Part shown: positions 1 to 7,215 of the stretch, one piece after another
Layout of the letters: each line of letters starts with the position of its first letter
How positions within the stretch are numbered: position 1 is the first letter of the stretch
Assembly: GCA_964535805.1 (NCBI GenBank)
Contig: CAZHUM010000002.1
Location: 740-64,739 of the forward strand
DNA: 64,000 bases
Origin: an uncultured Thermoplasmata archaeon
GTDB lineage: Archaea; Thermoplasmatota; Thermoplasmata; Halarchaeoplasmatales; Halarchaeoplasmataceae
Direction: 5' to 3'
The notes under the pieces: generated by a model
The model's database searches: none
Told to the model about the DNA's origin: nothing
Seen by the model: the letters and a program-made list of their open reading frames with translations, nothing else
Position numbers and translations under genes: made by a program

Positions 1-235
1 GGAGGTATATCTTTTACATAACCGATCTCTTTAGGCTCTACTCCTTCCCCGTTCCATTTTAATTTATCGATAAAAAAATCAACATAGTTCTCTTTTGATA
101 GATACTGCTCTATCTCAGGGTTATTAATAAGATAATTTTCGGCATGTATCTTCTCTGGATTCTCCAATTTCTTTACTATTCCACTTATCCTTCTATCGAT
201 TTCTTCTTCTGACATCTCTACATATTCTTTTGTCA
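1..235 (-). CDS. hypothetical protein, N-terminal part only (gene runs past left edge)
   Basis: ATG at 235..233 (minus strand) with an open frame to the window edge. N-terminus reads MTKEYVEMSEEEIDRRISGIVKKLENPEKIH. No motif recognised. Confidence 0.4.
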
Positions 236-241
236 TTTTTT

Positions 242-1123
242 TCACGCTCCATCATATATTTTGTTCACTTCTTTCATAACTGTTTCCCATCCAATTTTAT
301 CAACTATCTTGTTGAATTTACTATATTCCTCTTCGTCTAGTTTTAAATTCTCAGAATGAAATTTGTGAATAGATGATGATTCCACTTTCTCATATCCATT
401 TAAAATATCATCTATCAAAGAAACTATCTCTCCCGCAATCAACACCCTACAAACCTTTAGACCCGGTGAGGGGGCGTCTATGAACACGTAGAATCCGTTT
501 ATTTCACTCAGTTCTTTGACCTTCGATGTTAGTAAACTCGTGCTTGAAGATAGTATCAGATGTTTGGACCATCCATCTTCGCCTTCAACGATCGCTTTAG
601 CTTCTTTCTCGTCACTTCCAAACTCGATATTTCCTTCGGAAAGGTGGAAGTCAACAATAAATTTATCAGAGGTCAACAACTCGTGGTCTATCTTACCAAA
701 TCTTCCTCTTTCTACGATAGAACGAAGTAGAGACAAAAAATGTTCATCTTTTTCGATAAGAGACCTGATACTTTCCTTGATGTTATTACGTCCAGAAGCC
801 GAAGGATTCTCTCTTACTTCCTTGACTCCATCTTCCACCCGGACAGTATAATACCTGCCGTAGAACCAGGGAAATAACGGGGTGTAACCATCTTGATTGA
901 TTAGATTCTCTAAACTATCAGGGCGATCGATCTGGTAGATTATATCTGTTATCGATTCGTCGGTCTCTTCTTTCTTCGACTGATCGCTACATTCTTCATC
1001 ATTAGGAGATACCCGTTCTATCAGACCAGCTGAAACCCCATCTCGTTCTATGTCGTAGCAGAATCTTCTCACTATCATTATTTTTTCTTCTTCTGGTGTG
1101 AAATTCATATTATCACTCTCCAT
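242..1123 (-). CDS. hypothetical protein (293 aa), last gene of the AAA+-led cassette
   Basis: Long ORF with a genuine ATG. Overlaps the upstream gene by 11 nt, suggesting an operon. No recognisable catalytic motif. Confidence 0.55.
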   Translation of the reverse strand: MESDNMNFTPEEEKIMIVRRFCYDIERDGVSAGLIERVSPNDEECSDQSKKEETDESITDIIYQIDRPDSLENLINQDGYTPLFPWFYGRYYTVRVEDGVKEVRENPSASGRNNIKESIRSLIEKDEHFLSLLRSIVERGRFGKIDHELLTSDKFIVDFHLSEGNIEFGSDEKEAKAIVEGEDGWSKHLILSSSTSLLTSKVKELSEINGFYVFIDAPSPGLKVCRVLIAGEIVSLIDDILNGYEKVESSSIHKFHSENLKLDEEEYSKFNKIVDKIGWETVMKEVNKIYDGA

Positions 1124-1886
1124 CGATTTCCAACCATTCTTTTATTTTAACTCCGTTTTCTTTGTAATTTGAAACCCAGTCCGAAAATGAACAAACACCT
1201 TTTTTACACCATTGTTTTGTCAATCCTTGATTCGGAAATGGAGCAACTTTAGATTTTATCTCACTTTTTTTACTATTTAACGACAGTATCATTTTTAGTA
1301 TTTTTAATTCTACATCTAGATAATTTGAATTTTTATTTTTTAATTCAATCTCCGTATCATTTATATTGAGTCCGTTTATATGTTTAATTAGTGATTGAGT
1401 TACTGGTTTTTTAAAACTTGATTTTGGTAACATAATAACTATTTTTTTTGGATCTAAACTTTTTATTTCTTTTTCAAGTGCATCCATATAATCAATAATT
1501 TTTTCTTTGGTAATCTCATCAACGTCTTTTATTGGTTGATAAAACAAGTCTGTAAGCCAATATCCGGAATGGATAAAATTGCATAGTCTAGTATATTTAT
1601 TATCATCATTTTCACAATCTTCAAATTTACTTATTAAATCATTGTCTTCCAAAGGTGTTAACAATGCACCAATTAATCCAATTTGTTTTGCATCTTCACC
1701 AACATAATAAAAATAATTCTTAGATTTAGAATATTTTGGAGGACTTTCAGCTATAAACATAACCCTACACATTTTCTTAGCTTCTTCATAGATATCATTA
1801 AACCTTTCATCTAAGTCCCTTTTTGTTCCGTCAATTTCTAAAATTTTTTCTAAACTGTCCGCCTTTATTTCCCGATAATTAACCAT
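1113..1886 (-). CDS. hypothetical protein (~257 aa), strongly AT-rich gene
   Basis: ORF 1113..1898. The first ATG with a GGTGG ribosome-binding site (MVNYREIK) is at 1886. Composition is markedly AT-rich versus flanks. Contains AESPP and GLIGALL segments vaguely reminiscent of UDG-superfamily motif A; this is speculative. Confidence 0.5.
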   Translation of the reverse strand: MVNYREIKADSLEKILEIDGTKRDLDERFNDIYEEAKKMCRVMFIAESPPKYSKSKNYFYYVGEDAKQIGLIGALLTPLEDNDLISKFEDCENDDNKYTRLCNFIHSGYWLTDLFYQPIKDVDEITKEKIIDYMDALEKEIKSLDPKKIVIMLPKSSFKKPVTQSLIKHINGLNINDTEIELKNKNSNYLDVELKILKMILSLNSKKSEIKSKVAPFPNQGLTKQWCKKGVCSFSDWVSNYKENGVKIKEWLEIDGE

Positions 1887-2037
1887 TTTTTCCACCAACT
1901 TTATATCGACATCATCTCTCTTAAATTTTTACCACGCTCATCAATTTAAATCCACATTTTAACCTATGGAACTTCATCCACCATATCAACCCTTGTCCTT
2001 ACCGACGATGGCCATGTACTCTTTCATCTCTTCGATC

Positions 2038-2637
2038 TCAGTCATCACAAGCACCTCCTTCAGCATCATACAGTACATCCAAAACGTGTTTCCAGCCTTT
2101 CTCGTGAACACATCTCAGAAGGCATTCGAACTTTTCTTTTTCAATATCTTCATCCATGATCTTACTGGTCAATATTAGCTCATCAGATCGATAATCCTCC
2201 ACGATCTTTTCGATGAGGGGTTTAATCTCTTCAGCGATGTAAAATAAGTAAGTTGGAGATTCTTTAAAATCTACGAAGCGTATCCCCGGTATTCTCTCCA
2301 ATAAATCCAGATCCGCATAATGCAAAGATTTGGTTATGTTCAAACTGTATTCATCGATCCAGTTACCTTGAGATAACTTTTTATCCGAAGTGTATTCACC
2401 GAGCAACACCTCGAAATCGTATTCACCCACTTGTTCATTCCATTCTCTGGAATGGAAAATATTTCCGTTCACCGTGTAGTAATCATGTCCCTTATATCTC
2501 CTAGCTTTATCCAGTGCCCACTTGAACAGATAAACCAACCTCTCATCCTCATGGAAAACTTCCCGAAGGATCGTCTCCGCCCGATCTAGATCCTCCACTT
2601 TTTCTCGTTCCCAGAAATACGGGTTTTTTTCACTCAT
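2038..2637 (-). CDS. hypothetical protein (199 aa)
   Basis: The ORF track gives 2038..2745, but the N-terminal 36 codons are an Arg/Trp-rich read-through. An internal ATG (MSEKNPYFWEREK) is preceded by a GGGGGA ribosome-binding site. It directly abuts the stop of the upstream 66-aa gene. Confidence 0.5.
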   Translation of the reverse strand: MSEKNPYFWEREKVEDLDRAETILREVFHEDERLVYLFKWALDKARRYKGHDYYTVNGNIFHSREWNEQVGEYDFEVLLGEYTSDKKLSQGNWIDEYSLNITKSLHYADLDLLERIPGIRFVDFKESPTYLFYIAEEIKPLIEKIVEDYRSDELILTSKIMDEDIEKEKFECLLRCVHEKGWKHVLDVLYDAEGGACDD

Positions 2638-2830
2638 CTTCGTCCCCCGTGAACATACCTTTCTCGATCTCCAACCTCTTCTCCAGTTCCTCACGAACCC
2701 ACGCCAACTTCTCCTCGTACCTTTTCTCCAGGTCCCACAGCACACGTATCTCTCTCATCAGGTCATAGGGAGAAAGGGAGTGAAGGTATCTCCGCTCCCT
2801 GTAGGCTTCCAGCTCTTCCTCACTGATCAT
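2630..2830 (-). CDS. small charged helical protein (66 aa)
   Basis: ORF with a GAGGGAG ribosome-binding site upstream. Its start overlaps the stop of the 54-aa repeat gene by 11 nt. Its stop sits 2 nt before the next start. These are signs of translational coupling. Confidence 0.45.
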   Translation of the reverse strand: MISEEELEAYRERRYLHSLSPYDLMREIRVLWDLEKRYEEKLAWVREELEKRLEIEKGMFTGDEDE

Positions 2831-2984
2831 CTTTCTCCCTCTTGGGGTTCAGCACTGAATCCATCACCTCTACGTCTTCTTTCAAGCTCTTCTTACATAT
2901 CTCCAGGTCATCCCTCAAACTGTTCTTGCAGATCTCTAGATCGTTCTTCAAATTCTTTTTACATATCTCCAATATATCTTTCAT
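2820..2984 (-). CDS. 54-aa protein made of three 11-residue repeats (DLEICKK-S/N-L-K/R-D/E-D), predicted coiled coil with one Cys per repeat
   Basis: Missed by the ORF track because it is under 60 aa. ATG at 2984..2982 is preceded by an AAAGGAGGA ribosome-binding site 7 nt upstream. Translation is MKDILEICKKNLKNDLEICKNSLRDDLEICKKSLKEDVEVMDSVLNPKREKDDQ. It is encoded by three 33-bp tandem DNA repeats. Confidence 0.4.
   Translation of the reverse strand: MKDILEICKKNLKNDLEICKNSLRDDLEICKKSLKEDVEVMDSVLNPKREKDDQ
2875..2973. repeat. 3 x 33-bp imperfect tandem repeat (coding, not CRISPR)
   Basis: The three units are tcttctttcaagctcttcttacatatctccagg, tcatccctcaaactgttcttgcagatctctaga and tcgttcttcaaattctttttacatatctccaat. 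They lie inside the 54-aa ORF. Confidence 0.8.
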
Positions 2985-3108
2985 TTCAAATCCTCCTTTT
3001 CATAAAGTAAGAACCGAAAGGGGGGGTGTGAAAGCGCCCCTCCTCTCGGTCCCCTCCTTCCACTTTCTCTCAGAACGTCCGTTAAGAAAGGTGGAGTCCC
3101 TTTTAGAT

Positions 3109-4596
3109 TCATGCATATCCCCTAACATCTTCCGGCTCTTCTTCGAGGATTCCTAGATAGGAGTGCATCACCTTACTCCCTTTCAACTCCTCTTCGCAGG
3201 CCTCTTCGAAGTCCTCCATCTCCACGTGATCCCTGCCCTTCCGCATCGCCTTCCTTGCAGCGTTCAGCACGGAGTTCCTGATGTGCCCCCCGGAGAACTC
3301 GTACTTCTCGGCGAGGGTTCCGATACACACGTCCTCGCACAAGGGCGTTTCCTCCGGTATGTGGTACTCCCAGATCTTCTCCCTAGCCTCGGCGTCGGGC
3401 AGTGGCATCTCCAACTTCAGGTCAAGCCTTCTCTCGATCGCCCTGTCCAAGCCGATGGCGATGTTCGTGGTGAATATGATCACTCCGTCGTGGTTCTCCA
3501 TACCCTGCAGTATGATGTTGATGACCCTGTTCTCCGACCTGTCGCAGCTGGACACGGAAGGCGATCTCCTCTGCAGCACCGCATCGGCCTCGTCTATCAG
3601 CAGTATACAGTCCTCGTTCAGGGCGTCGAAGAGCTTGCTGGCGTTCTTCTCGGTATTGCCGAAATAACAGTCCACCATGTCTCCGAAGGACACTTGATAA
3701 AGTTCTTTGTCCAACTCGTTCGCTAGAGCTTTGGCTAACATCGTCTTACCGGTGCCCGGGAATCCAGAGAACAATAGGTTCAAACCCTTCCTTTCGCCTA
3801 TCACCGATTTGAGATTCCACTCGTCAAAGAACTTCTCCGAGTTCTTTTGCTGCTCCGATAGTGATAGTATGGACTCTTTCAAATCTGTGGGTAAAACTAC
3901 CTGAGACAGTTCTACATCTGAATCCACTTTTTTCAGGAATTCGTACTCCTCTTTCTCACCGTTTCCCTTGTGCTCTGTTCTCTCCTGTTTCTCCCCGTAG
4001 AGTCCGTCTATCACCCAATCCGATAGTTCGTATCTCATCTTCTCTGGCGAGGTCCGTTCTCTCCTTCTCCTCCTTTCCCTCAGATGTTTCGGTAAGTAAG
4101 GTCTTTCCCTCTCAAACACTTCTTTAATCAGATCAAATCCCAAAAGTTCACCGGATCTAGTCAACCTCTTCCTGCAGTCCTCGACATCTTCACCTGTCAA
4201 CAACCGCAGAGCCATGATGATCTGTTCTCCAGAAGCTGTCGAGTTCGCTGTTGAAACACCGACACCTTTCTTGGAGAACAGCATCAACAAGATTATCTTA
4301 CTCTCATCTTCCACTTCCCAGAACTCGAAGAACTCGTCGCATTCGAATCCTTTTTCTTTCTTCTTTTCCTCAAGTTCTTCATGCTTTTTCTTAAAATATT
4401 CTATCTTCTCGTCTATCCTTTCGGGCGAAGGGTTCATGATCAGATTCTTCGCTTCGTTCAACAAACCATAATAAAAGGTCCTGGCAGCTCTCAAATATTG
4501 TTTATTGTCTTCGAGTTCTTCTACTTCGTCCATGTCCAGATAGTCACCCATCTGGAGTTTTCTTAATCTATCCAAAATCTCATCTTCTTTACTCAT
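3109..4596 (-). CDS. AAA+ ATPase of the classical AAA clade with a ~270-aa N-terminal domain of unknown function
   Basis: Walker A GFPGTGKTMLAKA and Walker B ILLIDEADAV are present. There is a sensor-2-like region SGGHIRNSVLNAARKAM. Start moved to ATG (MSKEDEIL) with a GGAGGT ribosome-binding site 8 nt upstream. The N-terminal half has no recognisable domain. Confidence 0.8.
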   Translation of the reverse strand: MSKEDEILDRLRKLQMGDYLDMDEVEELEDNKQYLRAARTFYYGLLNEAKNLIMNPSPERIDEKIEYFKKKHEELEEKKKEKGFECDEFFEFWEVEDESKIILLMLFSKKGVGVSTANSTASGEQIIMALRLLTGEDVEDCRKRLTRSGELLGFDLIKEVFERERPYLPKHLRERRRRRERTSPEKMRYELSDWVIDGLYGEKQERTEHKGNGEKEEYEFLKKVDSDVELSQVVLPTDLKESILSLSEQQKNSEKFFDEWNLKSVIGERKGLNLLFSGFPGTGKTMLAKALANELDKELYQVSFGDMVDCYFGNTEKNASKLFDALNEDCILLIDEADAVLQRRSPSVSSCDRSENRVINIILQGMENHDGVIIFTTNIAIGLDRAIERRLDLKLEMPLPDAEAREKIWEYHIPEETPLCEDVCIGTLAEKYEFSGGHIRNSVLNAARKAMRKGRDHVEMEDFEEACEEELKGSKVMHSYLGILEEEPEDVRGYA

Positions 4597-4626
4597 ATTC
4601 AATACCTCCAAACAGCGGCGGATAAC

Positions 4627-4643
4627 GGCACCCAACGGGTGCC
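4627..4643. promoter_or_regulatory. perfect 7-bp stem / 3-nt loop hairpin GGCACCCaacGGGTGCC in the leader region of the AAA+ operon
   Basis: Inverted repeat read directly from sequence. It sits about 30 nt upstream of the AAA+ start codon on the minus strand. Confidence 0.5.
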
Positions 4644-4732
4644 CCTTTGCGGCATCTTCCTCCTCTCATAATGCACATCTCCGTTAGTTAACGGCGGTAA
4701 CTGTTATATTAGTAAGAAGTCCTATATATAAT

Positions 4733-4750
4733 TAACGGAACTATCCGTTA
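4733..4750. promoter_or_regulatory. palindromic operator-like site TAACGGAactaTCCGTTA; the same half-site recurs at 4620-4626 and 4681-4704
   Basis: The inverted repeat lies between divergently transcribed genes. TAACGG occurs three times and CCGTTA occurs twice within 130 bp. Confidence 0.5.
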
Positions 4751-4760
4751 CATATCAAAA

Positions 4761-4774
4761 TATTTAAATATATA
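4761..4774 (+). promoter_or_regulatory. archaeal TATA box (tatttaaatatata) for the Csa3-like regulator gene
   Basis: TTTAAATA core lies about 25-30 nt upstream of the ATG at 4794, consistent with a leaderless or short-leader transcript. Confidence 0.55.
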
Positions 4775-4793
4775 CTAGAAGATTATATACTGT

Positions 4794-5588
4794 ATGACAG
4801 CAAAAGATTCAGGAGTTCATATAACAGCTGGCGGTTTTGAATACGACAGGGTATTGGTACCGATGCTGAACAAGTACCCCGTTGATAAACTGGTGATGTT
4901 CAGGTCTAAAGCTTCGCCTTACACTGAAGCGAGGGACCTAGCCGGAGAATTTCTGACCAAACTTAAGGATAACCCGATCGACATCGACATAGTAAAACTG
5001 GATATCTACGACTTCAACGACGTTTTCATAAACACCCTCGACCAGATAAAGAAATACGCGGAGAAAGGTAAGAAAGTTTACATCAACATTTCTCCAGTAC
5101 CTAAATTGGCCACTGTTGCCATGATAAGTGCCGCTTTCCTATCGAGGTACAAAGACAGCCTGGAGATATTCTATGCATCGCCCAAAGATTACCTGATACC
5201 TAAGATGATGGAATATCTCTCAGACATCGAAAACAAGGATTCTTTGGACAGATTGAAAGAACTCGGAGATAGGTTCATGAAGAACGGCACGGCTGTGGGT
5301 GTGCAAGAGTACCAGGAGATACCGGTGTTCCCCATCAAAGAGATCAACGATGTTGACATGGAGATACTGAAGACCATCAAAGAAAAGGAAGGCGTCCAAT
5401 CCATCGAAGAACTCGTAGAAACGATCAACGAAAACCGAAAAGAAGAAATCAAGCGGTCGAGCGTCCAGTATCGTTTAGAGAGACTGGAAGAGAAACGGAT
5501 GCTCGATACGGAGAGAGAAGACAGGCGGCTGAAGATACGACTCAACCGGCTGGGAGAAGTGTACCTGGAAGGATGTATGCACAGCTGA
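4794..5588 (+). CDS. Csa3-like transcriptional regulator (N-terminal CARF/Rossmann-like domain plus C-terminal winged HTH; HFX_2341-like family)
   Basis: N-terminal HITAGGFEYDRVLVPML matches the T/S-x-GF-D/E motif of Csa3 CARF domains. The C-terminal half is basic and helical (RLERLEEKRMLD..RLKIRLNRLGE), typical of a wHTH. It is divergent from a palindrome-rich intergenic region. Confidence 0.5.
   Translation: MTAKDSGVHITAGGFEYDRVLVPMLNKYPVDKLVMFRSKASPYTEARDLAGEFLTKLKDNPIDIDIVKLDIYDFNDVFINTLDQIKKYAEKGKKVYINISPVPKLATVAMISAAFLSRYKDSLEIFYASPKDYLIPKMMEYLSDIENKDSLDRLKELGDRFMKNGTAVGVQEYQEIPVFPIKEINDVDMEILKTIKEKEGVQSIEELVETINENRKEEIKRSSVQYRLERLEEKRMLDTEREDRRLKIRLNRLGEVYLEGCMHS
5531..5584. repeat. 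direct repeat copy 1 (54 bp, 52/54 identical to 7122..7175); encodes the C-terminal 17 codons of the regulator
   Basis: The sequence is gaagatacgactcaaccggctgggagaagtgtacctggaaggatgtatgcacag. Weaker similarity continues about 20 bp further. Confidence 0.85.
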
Positions 5589-5620
5589 ATCAACACGTCC
5601 CGAGCAGGCTAGAGGAATAA

Positions 5621-6238
5621 TCACTCGAATATATCAGAGAACTGTGAACTTATGGTCCTTTTCAATCCGTCCCGTTTCCTTTCTACCCTTAACCCGACTA
5701 CACGATCAATCTCACTGGAATCCAATTTAATATCTTTTTCTAAAAGCTTTTCTCGTATACCTACAAGATCGTCAAAGAATTTTTCTTTGTTCGGATCATC
5801 CTCAATCCTATCCATATAAGCTTCCGCTTTGGCGGCTATCAGATGTTCGTTCGTCGGCACGTGGACTCCCCTGATTAACTCAGAGGTTTCAGTCATATTC
5901 TGAAGGACCTCTTCCGTTAAAAAGTGTGAGCCTCCGGCATCTATCAATTCAACGGTTATATTTTTATCTCCAATAGTTGCAAAAAAGGTGATACTCGCTC
6001 CATCGGTTTCGATATTGAACGATCCGTTCAGCTCCTTTGCTACCTCTTCTAAACGATCATAGAACTCTTCATATGGGTCGGTAGGAAAGGGATGTACGTC
6101 TATGTCTTTAGTACTCCTTACATTTCCAAATCTATACAACACCGCTGAGCTGCCGAGCAGTAGGATATCTATTCCGTGTCGATTGAAGGCTTCAACAAGT
6201 TTTTTAACACATTCGTAGTGCTCTTTTTCATCGATCAT
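5621..6238 (-). CDS. minimal nucleotidyltransferase-fold protein (205 aa)
   Basis: LLGSSAVLYRFGNVRSTKDIDV matches the GS-x(9-13)-DxD signature of the pol-beta NTase superfamily. It overlaps the upstream gene by 4 nt (ATGA). Confidence 0.6.
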   Translation of the reverse strand: MIDEKEHYECVKKLVEAFNRHGIDILLLGSSAVLYRFGNVRSTKDIDVHPFPTDPYEEFYDRLEEVAKELNGSFNIETDGASITFFATIGDKNITVELIDAGGSHFLTEEVLQNMTETSELIRGVHVPTNEHLIAAKAEAYMDRIEDDPNKEKFFDDLVGIREKLLEKDIKLDSSEIDRVVGLRVERKRDGLKRTISSQFSDIFE

Positions 6239-6972
6239 CTAACAGAGACCTCCTTTATCTTTCCCTTTCCTAGAGCGTTTTGCTTTTCTTTTATATAATT
6301 CGGAAGTTCAACATCGAATTCATTCGGTTTTTTACCACCGTAGCCAGAATAACCCAGCCATAAAAGTTTGTCTTTCATGTTCTGACTAAGTTTCAACCCT
6401 TCAAAGATTTCCTTACCGGCCTTGACTTCTCGTGGAAGATAAGTGGATAAAAAAAGCAGAGCCGTATCCGTTCCGTCGAGTATAGGTAGTTCATATGTTT
6501 GGCCAAACAATTTCAACTTGACCTTCTTTTCAGCAGAAAAATCATAGACAAAATAATCTAATTCACCAAAACCTGGATCTTCGTTGAAAACGACCATAGT
6601 TCTCTCCGGAACATAATCCGCATATGCATTCCCAGAAAAACAAATAAATGCATGAGATAAACCTTCGTGTTCGAACACGGAATTCAATGAGAGTAATTCA
6701 GCATAATAACCCATGGCCGCCCAGCAATTGATCAGTATCGATGGATCCACTGCGAAATACTCACCACGGTTTAATTTTATTGTCAAGTAATAATCCATAG
6801 ACTTTTTTAAAAATTGATCTGCCAAGTTTTTATTGTCTTCTAACATATCCTTTCTTTTAAATCTCTTAGGCGGATTTAAACTAATATATTTTTTAATCAA
6901 CCATCTGGGAGGTACCCTCATGTCTTTTTCATCGAGGGTCGGTATATTATGGACTTTATGTTCTCCTTCCAT
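6235..6972 (-). CDS. hypothetical protein (245 aa), upstream partner of the nucleotidyltransferase
   Basis: ORF with a 4-nt overlap with the NTase gene. AT-rich. No Rx4-6H HEPN motif and no obvious HTH seen. Confidence 0.5.
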   Translation of the reverse strand: MEGEHKVHNIPTLDEKDMRVPPRWLIKKYISLNPPKRFKRKDMLEDNKNLADQFLKKSMDYYLTIKLNRGEYFAVDPSILINCWAAMGYYAELLSLNSVFEHEGLSHAFICFSGNAYADYVPERTMVVFNEDPGFGELDYFVYDFSAEKKVKLKLFGQTYELPILDGTDTALLFLSTYLPREVKAGKEIFEGLKLSQNMKDKLLWLGYSGYGGKKPNEFDVELPNYIKEKQNALGKGKIKEVSVR

Positions 6973-7121
6973 AAAATCACAATATATTAACTATTAATTA
7001 AGTTTTCTGTTTACTTAGCTATGCATTAAGTCTTTAAACTGTTGAACGATATATTAACTATCTTACCCCCCCTCAATTCTCTAACCTATATCAGATTATC
7101 TGAGTCTATGAGTAGAAAGAG

Positions 7122-7175
7122 GAAGATACGACTCAACTAGCTGGGAGAAGTGTACCTGGAAGGATGTATGCACAG
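7122..7175. repeat. direct repeat copy 2 (non-coding remnant of the regulator 3' end)
   Basis: The sequence is gaagatacgactcaactagctgggagaagtgtacctggaaggatgtatgcacag. It has two mismatches versus copy 1. Confidence 0.85.
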
Positions 7176-7215
7176 GCGAATCATCACTTCCCAAGCAGGA
7201 ACCTTGTTCCAGTCT

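Noticed and set aside
2040-2042. 19-aa ORF (MTEIEEMKEYMAIVGKDKG) overlapping the stop of the 199-aa gene
   Set aside because: It is too short and has no ribosome-binding site. It may be read-through noise.
2875-2973. 33-bp tandem repeats considered as a mini CRISPR array
   Set aside because: The units are contiguous with no unique spacers and diverge from one another like coding repeats. They sit inside an ORF that has a strong ribosome-binding site. No cas genes are present.
3163-3726. Plus-strand ORFs (3163..3726, 3281..3667 and similar) antisense to the AAA+ gene; similar antisense ORFs at 17444..18268, 20303..20827, 57323..57931 (Ser-rich) and 12630..13751
   Set aside because: Each lies entirely inside a well-supported gene on the opposite strand. 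They have low-complexity or biased composition and no ribosome-binding site, so they are typical shadow ORFs.
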